From positions 9,920,001 to 9,984,000 of the forward strand of contig JAWMAR010000029.1 in assembly GCA_036785375.1 (NCBI GenBank): a stretch of DNA of 64,000 bases, read 5' to 3'. This stretch comes from Leucoraja ocellata. Lineage: Eukaryota. The notes below the pieces were generated by a model. It saw only the letters and a list, made by a program, of their open reading frames with translations, did not search any database and was not told the origin of the DNA. Below are positions 50,421 through 61,894 of the stretch, piece after piece. The first letter of the stretch is position 1; every line of letters begins with the position of its first letter. The translations under genes were made by a program, and so were the position numbers.

Positions 50421-50954
50421 AAACTGAAGCATTCGAGCATCAGCGTGAAGCTGTGCTTTTGTACAGACTGTAGGAAATCTTTGATGTTTCAGAATGCTCC
50501 TCTTGTGAAGCATTAGCCCGAGATGTTGCACGGTTCACTTTCCAGGCAGGCACCGTGACCAGGAGCTGCCGCCTGTCCTACACCGCAGCACCCAGGATAC
50601 GGGGCTCCGTCCACCCACCAGCCCGGGAAGGAGTGAGCAAATGGACACAATGATATGAACGGCCTTGGCCAAAGGAATGTAGAAAGAAACCGCAGATGCT
50701 GACCCAAAGTGTCACCCATCCTTTTTCTCCAGAGATGCTGCCTGACCCGCTGAGTTACTCCAACACTTTGTGTCTATCCTGACTGAAGGTGGTCAGTTTG
50801 AGGTTCAGAACACTGGCCTTGGAATGGAGTCCCATCAGACCTATGTTCGTGACACCCGCAGAGGTCTGGGGCCGGAGTGTGTCTCCGGAACTCAGACCCC
50901 AGATGCCAGTTCAGCCTGTTTGAAGAGAAAGCGGAGGCAGGAAAGATCACCTAC

Positions 50955-51024
50955 CTTGTCTATCAGCTTGTGCAGCTCTGGAGGAGAGGCAGCTGCTCTT
51001 TCAGTCACTGGATGGGAAGAACGT
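50955..51024 (-). CDS. tandem-PH gene, candidate exon 2
   Basis: 70-nt phase 2-0 exon with AAG|GTAGGT donor. Encodes RSSHPVTERAAASPPELHKLIDK and bridges the phase of exon 1 to exon 3/4. Confidence 0.6.
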
Positions 51025-51419
51025 CTTCAGGAAGGAAGGGGACAAATCAAACAATGTGTAATGTTCCTGGAGTAAAAACACTCGGGCAGCAGAGAGAAAA
51101 ATGTTGCAGATCACTGAGTCTTCCCCAGGTCTGGGGAAGAAAGAGCTGGGTTGAAGTTGCAGAGAGGGTGCTTTAGATGTAGATTTAGGTTCACTATTGC
51201 CACTTGAGCCAAGGTATAATGAAAAGCTTTGTTTTGCATGCTATCCAAATAGATGTAACATACATAGATACAATCAGTTCAAACTCAAGTACAATTAGAT
51301 AGTGCAAAGAGGAAGATACAGAGTGTAGAATATACTGTAACTCTTAGCATTGTAGCGCATTGTAATGCATCAGTTCCTGAGACATCTGGAATTGTAGTAC
51401 ATCAGTTTCAAGTCTTCTA

Positions 51420-53980
51420 ACGTTAATGGGGTAGAGGTGAATCAAACAGTATCCTAGCTTATGGAAGGCCTGTTCAGAAACCTGATAATGGAGAGGAAGA
51501 AGTTATTCCTGTGTCTGGGGGTACGTACAATCGGGCCAATGTAACTTCTCCCAGATGGAGCGGAGAGAAGAAGCCACATGTCTTTGATTATGTTGGCTGC
51601 TATCCCAAGTCATGTGTAGATGGAGTGAATGGTGGGAAGCCTGGTGTGTGTGATGGATTGGGATACATCTACAACTCTCTGTAATTTCTTACAGTCTTGG
51701 GTAGAGCTAGAGTCATATAGTGATAACTCATAGACACAGGCCTTTAAACCCAACTTGCCAATTTGCCAACCAAGATGCTCCATCTGCTAGTCACACCTGC
51801 TTTGTTTGGTCCTAATCCATCTGAAACTGTCAGAGCCATGTACCTGTCCAGATGTCTTTTAAATGTTGTTATAAAAGCTGCCTCAACAACCTCATCCGGC
51901 AGCTTGTTCCATATACCCACCAGCCTTTGTATGAAAAAGTTGCACCTCAGGTTCCTATTAAATCTTTCCCCTCTCAGCTTAACCCTATGCCTTCATATTC
52001 TTGATTCACTTACCCCAGGGAAAAAGACTCTGTGCATTCACCCTATGTGTATGCCTGATCATTTCATGCACCTGTTGAATATCACCCCTCTCTGCTTCCT
52101 GCGCTCCAAGGAATAAAATCCTATTCTGCCCAACCTCTCCCTTTAGCTCAACCCCTCCAGTCCTGGCAACGTGATCGTGAATTTTCTTTGCACTCTTTTC
52201 AGCTCAACAGTATCCTTCCGATAGCAGGGTGACCAAAACTCAACATAATACTCCAAATGCAGCCTCACCAACATCTTGCACAACTGTAACATAGCATCTC
52301 AACTTTGTTCCTTAAAAAGCTATGAAGCAATCCGACAGTAAGGTTTCTATGGTTCATCTGTAGAAGTTCACAAGAATCACTGGAGACATGCCGAATCTCC
52401 TCAGGAGGTTGATGCAGTGGTGTGCCCTCCCGACTGTTGCATCAATGTGGTTTGTTCACGGCAGATCATTGGTAATATTAACACCAATGTTGATTGCGGC
52501 ATGAACTCCACAATGCCTTCTGAAGACACTAACTAGTCTTTGCTGACATTGAGGAAGAGGTTATTGTGCTGACACCATGCTACTAAGTACTCTCCCTCCT
52601 TCCAGTACTCCGTTTCGTCATTGATGTGATTCGGCCCACCAGTGTGTTGTGGTCGGCAAGCTCGTAGACGGAATTGGAGTCAAATTTGGCCGTGGGGTCA
52701 TGAGTGTAAAGAAAGTATAAGAGGGGACTGAGGACCCCTCCCTCTGCAACTGGATACTGGACTTTCTAACCAACAGACCCCAGTCTAATCAACTCTCAGA
52801 TCAGATTCAGATTTAATTTTAATTGTCATTGTCAGTGTACAGTACAGAGACAACGAAATGCAACAAAACTCTTCAACCCTCACCCTGAACACCGGCGTTC
52901 CACAGGGCTGTGTGCTGAGCCCCCTCCTCTACTCCCTCTTCACCTATGACTGCACACCTGTACATGGTACTAACACCATCATCAAGTATGCAGATGATAC
53001 AACGGTGATTGGCCTCATCAGCAACAACGATGAGTTGGCCTACAGGGAGGAGGTCCAGCAGTTAGCAGCATGGTGCGCTGACAACAACCTGGCCCTTAAT
53101 TCCAAGAAGACCAAGGAGCTCATTGTAGACTTCAGGAAGTCCAGAGGCGGCACGCACACCCCCATCCACATTAACGGGACGGAGGTGGAACGTGTTTCTA
53201 GCTTCAGGTTCCTGGGAGTCAACATCTCCGATGACCTCTCTTGGACCCACAATACCTCAACTCTGATCAAGAAGGCTCACCAGCGTCTCTTCTTCCTGAG
53301 GAGACTGAAGAAGGTCCATCTGTCTCCTCAGATCCTGGTGAACTTCTACCACTGCACCATCGAGAGCATCCTTACCAACTGCATCACAGTATGGTATGGC
53401 AACTGCTCTGTCTCCGACCGGAAGGCATTGCAGAGGGTGGTGAAAATTGCCCAACGCATCACCGGTTCCTCGCTCCCCTCCATTGAGTCTGTCCAAAGCA
53501 AGCATTGTCTGCGGAGGGCGCTCAACATCGCCAAGGACTGCTCTCACCCCAACCATGGTCTGTTTACCCTCCTACCATCCGGGAGGCGCTACAGGTCTCT
53601 CCGTTGCCGAACCAGCAGGTCGAGGAACAGCTTCTTCCCGGCGGCTGTCACTCTACTCAACAACGTACCTCGGTGACTGCCAATCTCCACCCCCCCCCCC
53701 CGGACACTTATTATTATTTATTCAAATCATTTGCTATGTCGCTCTTCCAGGGAGATGCTAAATGCATTTCGTTGTCTCTGTACTGTACACTGACAATGAC
53801 AATTAAAATTGAATCTGAATCTGAATCTGAATCTGAGGAGGCATCCTGGTGGGGCACTGGTGTAGGGAATTGCTGTACAGGAGGTGTTGGCATCTATCCT
53901 CACTGATTGAGGTCTGAGGGTCAGAAAGTTGAGGATCCAGTGCCAGAGGGAGCTAATTCCTGGGTTTGCTTCATGAGCTA
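51420..53980 (-). mobile_element. older antisense Rex1/Babar-type LINE remnant split by the young copy and by a CR1 fragment (~51710-52310)
   Basis: Minus-strand WILNFLTLRPQSVRI...APPGCLL (53836-53960) continues as SPLLY...HD left of 52734. Confidence 0.7.
52735..53832 (+). mobile_element. young 5'-truncated Rex1/Babar-type LINE (RT C-terminal ORF 52858-53676)
   Basis: Open frame GVPQGCVLSPLLY...KYADD...PSGRRYRSL; (GAATCT)n tail; CTGAGGA on both flanks. Confidence 0.9.
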
Positions 53981-54408
53981 GTCCAGGGAGGGAGTGTAAG
54001 GCAGGCAGGAAACTCTGGTCCTGTCTGAAGTGTTCAGATCGATACCGCCAGGAGCGAGGGATGTGAGCCCTTTTATACCAGCCGTAGCATGTGGACATCT
54101 CGGGAGCACTGGATGGAGAAGTGAAAGGTTATCCACCTCCTTTCCTTGGAACTGAATCTGCACCTGAGGTTGCGTTTTACCGAAAGTGCAAGGCAGGGGT
54201 GAACACCCAGGGCAGGTGTGACACATTGCACACCTGCACCCCTAGTGTGCCCAGGCACATCACCCTTTCATTACAGAAGCCACAGGGCCAAATTGTGCAA
54301 CCGAGAACCTGAACCATCACATGCCTCCAGTGTGTGGGTGGTTATGCTGTGCTGGTGACTACGTGCTGCCTAGGCTCAGACTGACGGAGAGCAGAAAGTG
54401 GTGCATAC

Positions 54409-54494
54409 CTGGTGCTTGGGATTTGGACCAGGTCCTCCTGTTCTTGCTCATTGGTGGTTTTGCAGCATCGAGGAGTAACGCTGATGCAGCCCAT
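54409..54494 (-). CDS. tandem-PH gene, candidate first coding exon
   Basis: GACATGG start context; MGCISVTPRCCKTTNEQEQEDLVQIPST(R), then CAG|GTATGC in phase 2. The twelve exons sum to 1119 nt, i.e. 372 aa + stop. Confidence 0.65.
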
Positions 54495-55867
54495 GTCTAC
54501 AGCACGTTGGTCTGCACGCTCAGTGTTCACATCCACTCGCCAGCTTCACTTCCACATCCTAAACTTTCCACAACATCTTGCGCCACTCAGCGTGGTGTCG
54601 CAGTACAACCAGCAATCACGTTCTGCAAAGAAACCAGCAACAACAAAAAATAGTTTTCCCAAATGCATCATTTTGCTTCCTTGAGCGAAGACGTGGAGAT
54701 CCTTCCAAAGTGAAGAATTTTACCGATAATCTCGCTGGAACATGGCTCAGGGTGCAGCGTATTAATGTCACTCCTTCCTGTGTGTGTGTCTGGAACTTCT
54801 TCTGCCTCAGCTTCCTGTTAACACAGTTTGGTGTTTTCCTGTTTGGTGCGTTGGCTGTAAACTAGCCCAGAGCTTACGCAATCTGCTTTTTGTAAATGTT
54901 ATGTTACTTTCATACACCGAGCTCCTCTCAGTATTGCCCAAGGCCTCCAGAGATCCATAGACTCTTTGTCCGTGATTATCCAGTCGCATCTCCATGTAGC
55001 ACAGTTGGACGATATAAAACGTCCACGCCACCAGTGGCAGCCGGCAGCTCCAGATCCAGAGGGACATTGGTGGGGTGGAAGTGGGAGGTGTTTCCTCCTG
55101 TGGGAGGGTCCATATCCAGGGGTCACGATGTAAAGAGGACGGGCTGTCCTTTGAATTTGAGTTCAATTTTAGTTTTGTTTATTGTCCCGTGTACCGAGGT
55201 ACAGTGAAAAGATTTTGTTGCATGCTAACCAGTTAGCGGAAAGACAAAATGACAATCGAGCCATCCACAGTGTACAGATACATGATAAAGGGAATAATGT
55301 GAATAACATTGAGACTAAGACAGGATGACATTGTCTTTCTCGGAGAGTTTTGAGTCTTTGGAATTAGAATGTAGAACATAGAACGTAGAATAGTACAGCA
55401 CAAGAGTAGGCCCTTTAGTCTACAAGTCTGTGCCGAACATGATGCCAAGATGATCTTTTACCTACCATATTTACCCCACTCCCTGCATGTCTCCATACCT
55501 GTCCAGAAGCTTCGCCAATGCCGCTATCGTATCTGCCTCAACCACCAACACTGGCAGCATATTCCCGGCACTCACCACTGTCTGCATAAGAAAGTTACCC
55601 CGTATCTTGGAGTTGTACGTTCTCCCCGTGACTGCGTGGGTTTTCTCCGGGTGCTCCGGTTTCCTGCCCCACTGCAAAGACGTACAGGTTTGTAGGTTAA
55701 TTGGCTTTGGAAAAGTTTGTAGATTGTCCCTAGTGTGTTGGATAGTGCTAGTGTACGATATGATCGCTGGTTCGCACGGACTCGGTGGACTGAAGGGCCT
55801 GTTTCCGTGCTGTATCACTAAACTAAACATTCTCCTTTAAACTTTGCCTCTTCACCTCTTCCTCTTA

Positions 55868-56229
55868 AACATAGAAACATAGAAATTAGGTGCAGGAGTA
55901 GGCCATTCGGCCCTTCGAGCCTGCACCGCCATTCAATATGATCATGGCTGATCATCCAACTCAGTATCCTGTACCTGCCTTTTCTCCATACCCCCTGATC
56001 CCCTTAGCTACAAGGGCCAAATCTAACTCCCTCTTAAATATAATCAATGAACTGGCCTCAACTACCCTCTGTGGCAGAGAGTTCCAGAGATTCACCACTC
56101 TCTGTGTGAAAAAAGTTCTTCTCATCTCGGTTTTAAAGGATTTCCCCCTTATCCTTAAGCTGTGACCCCTTGTCCTGGACTTCCCCAACATCGGGAACAA
56201 TCTTCCTGCATCTAGCCTGTCCAACCCCT
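55868..56229 (-). mobile_element. young CR1/HER1 LINE 3' fragment
   Basis: Near-identical to 33857-34299. Confidence 0.9.
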
Positions 56230-59084
56230 GATGAACAGGTAATATGGTAAACATAAAAATGGAAGTCAATTGGCATCAAGGGGAATTTCAAGGGGAATTC
56301 TGCCCATGGCTTCCCTGGATTTCCTGCGTTTTGTGTGGGAGTATGAATCACAGCCCAGGACATTGGTGCAGGAATTCCTCCCGGATGTGATGACCTGACT
56401 TCCCTCAGAAGGTCGGAGGAGGGGACGTCCTACATTGGATAATGTCCAATTCCGTTCACAACTCCTCAGCACATGAGATGATTTCTCTCCGAATGTCTTT
56501 CCCCCCCAAAAGTGGTGGAAGAGAGTCTCTGAATATTTTTACGGCAGCCATGGATTCTTGACGGGATGGAGGTGAACAGATACCAGGGGTAGTTAGGAAT
56601 GCGGAATTGAGATTACAATCAGGTCAGCCATCCTTTTATTGAACGTGTAGGAAGGAACTGCAGATGCTGGTTTTAATCGAAGATAGACCCTTCTTCAGAG
56701 AAGGGTCTCGACCCGAAAAGTCACCCATTCCTTCTCTCCAGAGATGCTGCCAGTCCCGCTGAGTTACTCCAGCATTTTGTGCCTATTTTATTGAATCTCA
56801 CAGCAGCCCAACCTTACTCTTGAAGCTAAAGACATCTGTTCCCAAGGAGCCTTGGAGAGAGTAAAAGATAAAGAGATGAGTAGGCGCCAGTGGGAGAATG
56901 ACTGGGACACCACAGAATCACCTGGTTTTGCTCCACATTAGGACACCTCCGAGCTGCAAGGGTGGGGGCGGAGTGTCACCAGCAGCCAGAGTGTTGTCAT
57001 TTCCAATTGCAAAAAACAGAGTGAGAATTGAGCAAGTCAAAAATAAGCTCGAAGTTCCCCTATTTCAGTGTGAAAACACCAATACTATTTGACTTCTATT
57101 TCATAATTTTCTCCTTTCTGTCAGATCTACTGGACGAAGCACTGATTCCAATAGGCCCAAGCGCAACCCGTCATCTCCCACAGAATTACAGTCACTCCAC
57201 AACAGAAGGGTTTGAGTTATAAGGGGATTCTTAGCGATAGGAGGCCATTCGGCCCACCAAGTCGCCAAGATTACCCTTATAACTCAAACCCTTGAGTCTC
57301 GGTAACATCATTGTGAATCTTTTCTGCGTCCATTTCAACTTAATGACAGCCTTTCTGTCTCTGGGCAACCAGAATTGCGCACAGTACTCCAAGTGTAGTT
57401 ACACCAATATCTTGTACACCAGCAGCAAAATGTCCCGATCCTGTATTTAATGCCCAGCCCGAAGAAGGCAACCATGCCAATTGCCTTCTTCACCACCCTG
57501 CCCATCCGTGTCATCATTTTCATCGAAGAGGGTGAATGGAATGTGTGAGGGTAGAGTGTTGAAGAGGGGAAAAGTTGCTGGGAGGAGGAAGGGTTGGGAG
57601 GAAGGGAAAGTGTGAAAGAAATCAAGGCATTGATTCATAGATTAAAACTGCGTGCAAACAGGCCATTCGGCCCTGTCCTCCATCCGCCAAAGTGCCTTCC
57701 CAGTTGCTTGCATTTGGCATTTGACCCATATACCTTTAAACATTCCCTGTACATGCACCTGTCCAGATGGCATTTAAAAGTTATAATCATACTCACCCCA
57801 CCACTCCCTAGGCAGCTCATTCAATGTACCCACCTCCCGCAGTGTGAAGAACCCTGGATAAAATACTGTCACCATCTACCAGTGGTGCTGGCTCGAAGGG
57901 CCAAATGGCCTCCTCATGCACCTATTTTCTATGTTTCTTACCATGTTTGTGCACTGCAAGATTTTATAGACCTCTATAAGGTCACCTCTTAGTCTCCATC
58001 GCTCCAGTGAAAACATTCCCAGCTGTGCCGTCTCCTAACTCACGCCCTCCAGACCTGGCAACATAGTTGAGAATCTTTTCTGCCCTCTCTCTAGCTAGAG
58101 GGAGGGAGATAGACTGAGGGAGTGGATTGGAGCATGAGAGTCGGGGACGGAGATTAGGGCAGAGGATACTGGAGGGGATTCGACGTGGGGGAAGGGATGG
58201 GAAAGAAGGAAGTGGGATGGAAGGCAGCTTGTGCTTGTTCTTATTTGATGTCTGTGGTCAGGCTGTCTGTGTGTGGTTAGAATGTGTGGGGCAGTGGTGC
58301 CTGCGTCATTGTGTGCGTGCTCGCTCTGTGCTCTGAACATCCTGCACGCTAGGAGACACGCGGCCTCTGTCTGCAGAGTGAAGAAAATTCACCCACAGCC
58401 AACGTCCATCATCAGAGTGACGGAATGGACGCAAGTCTTAAACCTCCAGGATCTGCCTCAGGAGGAGAAGGGGCAAAAGATATGTTTTTCCACTCAACTA
58501 TTTAACTATTTCTGGAGAACATTTCAGTATAAATTGCCTTTACTTATACTGTATCAGTCACCCCAGAATGTCTTTGAAATAACTTGAAGTTGAAATGAAA
58601 CATTTACTTCCATATTGGAAGGATCATATTAATGTGGCCAGGACCTTGTTCAGACTTCCCTACTCCTGGAGATCTGAATACCTACCACCCCCTGTCTGAC
58701 GAAGTTGCCCCTCAGGTCCCCTTAAGTCTTTCTCTTAACGTGCCCTCAAGTTTTAGACACCCCCCCACTCCATACCCTGGCTAAAAGATTGTGACCACCT
58801 ATTGTTTCTATGCCCTGCAAGATTTTATGGACCTATATAAGGTCACCTCTCAGTCTTCAACGCTCCAGTGAAAGCATTTCCAGCCTATGCAGGTTCTCCT
58901 AACTCAAGCCCTCCAGTCCTGGCAATATGCTTGAGGATTTTTTCTGTACCCTCTCTAGCTGGAGGGAGGGAGAGAGACTAGGAGTTGGTCCACTCTGAGA
59001 TCTGAATTTAAAACAGAAATAGGCTGGAAATAGCTGGTCTGGCAGCAGTTGTGGAAATAAAACCAGTTCAAATGACGTCCCCGG

Positions 59085-59670
59085 ACTTGGAACACAGGAA
59101 AAAGAAAGGAAGAGGCAGAGACAGTAGGCTGTGGGAGAGCTGGGAAGAGAAGGGGATGGAGGGAGAAAGCAAGGAATACCTGAAATTAGAGGTCAATGTT
59201 CATACCGCTGGGGTGTAAACTACCCAAGTGAAATATGAGGTCCTGTTCCTCCAATTTGCGGTGGGCCTCACTCTGTCCATGGAGGAGGCCCAGGATAGAA
59301 AGGTCAGATTCGGAATGGGAGGGGGAGTTGAAGTGCTGAGCCACCGGTAGATCAGGTTAGTTATTGCGAACTGAGCGGAGGTGTTGGGCGAAGCGATCGC
59401 CAAGCCTGTGCATGGTCTCGCCGATGTAGAGCAGCTGACACCTGGAACTGCGGATGCAGCAGATCTGCTTGAGTACGGTGTGCACAGCCTAAAGTTGTAG
59501 GACAACTTGATGCAGGAGATGAGGTTGGAGGAGGTGCAGGTGAACCTCTGCCTCACCTGGAAAGACGGCTTGGGTCCTTGGATGGAGTCGAGGGGGGAGG
59601 TAAAGCGACAAGTGTAGCATTTCCTGTGGTTGCAAGGGAAAGTACCAGGGGAGGGGGTGGTTTGGGTGGG
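59085..59670 (-). mobile_element. Penelope-like element GIY-YIG fragment
   Basis: Translates to RQRFTCTSSNLISCI...; homologous to 25893-26400 with an internal insertion and frameshift. Confidence 0.85.
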
Positions 59671-60127
59671 GGCACTATGTGCACAGCATATACTGTAGTG
59701 AGTTTTTTCTAAACCAACATATGTAGTTCCTTGTTTCTATACTCAGTTCGCAGACTGGATGAAGACCAGAATGCAAAAGCTGCCTTTACAATTTTATCCA
59801 CGTGTAATGCCACATATAGAGAAGGATGTATCTGCACTCCGAGACCCCTTTGCTGACAGCATTCCCTAGGCCCTACCATTCTCCATGGAACTTGTTCTGC
59901 TTTGACTTCTTAAATTGCAAAACCTTTAGTCACACATTTCCACATCATTATTACCAGACTTGCTGCATTTAGAGTCTGTGATTGGAAAACAAATGAAGAG
60001 AAAGAAACTTAGATTACTGGAATGGAAACGGACGCAGTGAGATGTTCCAGGAGAGGACCATTTTCTGATGAGAGAATCATGTTGGAAATTAATTAGTTAT
60101 TCATAAAATATTATACTTTCAGATATT

Positions 60128-60850
60128 AGGGCTGCACAGTGGCGCAGCAGTAGAGTGGCTCCTTTACAGCGCCAGAGACCTGGGTTCGATCCTGACTCCG
60201 GGTGCTGTCTGTACAGAGTTTGTATGTTCTCCTGTTTAAGAAGGAACTGCAGATGCTGGAAAATCGAAGGTAGACAAAAATGCTGGAGAAACTCAGCGGG
60301 TGAGGCAGCATCTATGGAGCGAAGGAAATAGGCAACGTTTCAGGTCGAGACCCTTCTTCAGCCTATTTCTTTCGCTCCATAGATGCTGCATCACCCGCTG
60401 AGTTCCTCCAACATTTTTGTCTACCTTGTATGTTCTTCCCGTGGGTTTTCCCCGGGTGCTCCGGTTTCTTCCTACATTCCAAAGACGTACAGGTTTGTAG
60501 GTTAATTTGGCTTCGGTAAAATTTGTAAATTGTTCCAATTTGTAGGATAATGTTAGTGTGGTTTAGTTTAGTTTTGAGATACAGCGCGGAAACAGGCCCT
60601 TCGGCCCATCGAGTCTGCACTGACCAGCACTAGGTACAATTTACATTTACACCAAGCCATTTAATCTACATACCTGTACGTTTTTGGAGTGTGGGAGGAA
60701 ACCGAAGATCTCTGGATCGAACCCGGGTCTCTGGCGCTTGCAGTGCTGTAAGGCAGCAACTCTACCGTTGCGCCACCATGCCGCTCCGTTAGTGTACGGG
60801 GATCTCTGGTGGGCCGAAGGGCCTGTTTCTGCTCTGTATCTCTAAACTAA
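60128..60850 (+). mobile_element. nested cluster: V-SINE (+) containing a self-inverted Penelope-derived element (~60232-60425) and an antisense V-SINE (~60560-60785)
   Basis: SINE head at 60128; TTGTATGTTCT duplicated around the first insert and TTAGTGT around the second. Confidence 0.75.
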
Positions 60851-61173
60851 GTGAAGGGAAGTGTAATTTGTTGGATTATTGTGGTTGGACTGAGTCATTG
60901 TGTACAGAAACTAATAATGACAGAGAATGGACAGGTGACACTGTGAATGGGACAGATTTTACTTTGACAAGATGAATTAACCATACAGATGTTATCATGC
61001 TTTCTCTCTTCGGCAATCGGCAACTTGATTGTAAATCTGCAGCTTTCCCTATAATAAGTCATTCTGCTCCTTGTTCTCGAGATGAGAATAAACTGCACAC
61101 ATTACTTCACTCTGATCTTCCACGCCTTCACTCCGCATGGTTTGGGGGGTTTGAGGGAGTGCCAAGCTGATCT

Positions 61174-61682
61174 CTACTTGAGGATCAGGTTGCTCTCCAG
61201 ACTTTTACTCTTTTGAGGGACTTGCGCACACTTTCTGCCGAACGGAGGAACAAATGGCACGGTACTCATCAGCGCCTTGGCAACGCTGGAGCGCAGTTGT
61301 CTCCATTCCTTTGAGTACGGGGAGTGGCTGTCGGGGAAGGGGCTGGGGTGAACCGTGGGTCTAATGCAGACAAGGTTTCGGAATTGGGCCAAGACAGGCA
61401 GTTGGCTGCAAGACAGCAGGGTGGAGGCTTTCTGAAACGTGTCCTTTTCAACAGCAGCATCACCCGATAGTGACATGACCGCTTCCTGTTTCCTTACGGG
61501 CTTCTTGGTGGCCACACGTTTTGGCTGTTTCAGAAGCATTAGGGAAATCTTGTCATCTCTCACGGGTTTCAAAGCTTGAACCCGATTGCAGCCGTTGTAG
61601 ATTAGAACGAAATCTTTTTGTGACTCAAGTGGTAAATTCAATACTCCTTTACTGCTCTTTTTGAATATCTCAATGACTAAAT
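61174..61682 (-). CDS. TTLL10: TTLL10 (protein polyglycylase), last exon
   Basis: TTTTAG acceptor, phase 1. Encodes DLVIEIFKKSSKGVLNLPLESQKDFVLIYNG...SNLILK*; the start matches TTLL10 DLVLETFRKS...LPLLSQRRFVLLHNG. Confidence 0.88.
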
Positions 61683-61800
61683 CTAAAAATTAAGAGAGGA
61701 AAAAGTTTGACTTACAACTTGTTTTTTGATTATGCCTTGGATCATTTGCAACTGTTGCATGAATCCACCACTGTAACAATGTAAATGAGGACCAACTTAC

Positions 61801-61894
61801 CAAGCGTTTCGTACAATAACGGAGGTATGAGTGTTCTCAGAACAGAACAATGCCTCTGTAGGGATGGGTTGGCATTCATCTCCAATAACCAGAC
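61801..61894 (-). CDS. TTLL10: TTLL10, penultimate exon (TTL-domain ExN motif)
   Basis: 94-nt phase 0-1 exon encoding VWLLEMNANPSLQRHCSVLRTLIPPLLYETL. Confidence 0.92.

Noticed and set aside
56279-56385. Tandem NF-kB-like words GGGGAATTTC / GGGGAATTCT
   Set aside because: Imperfect matches next to a CR1 junction, probably a repeat remnant; unsupported without functional data.
56920-58410. Possible upstream coding exons of the PH gene (MMDVGC near 58390; 32-nt exon near 56922-56953)
   Set aside because: Joining them gives an in-frame stop, and no convincing acceptor links them to 54494; at most they are 5' UTR exons.
59941-59966. Possible miR-200/429 family member (cluster neighbours TTLL10 in human)
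   Set aside because: Only the 3' part (TCTGGTAATAATGATG on minus) resembles it; the seed and hairpin are absent, and the cluster is expected upstream of TTLL10, outside the window.
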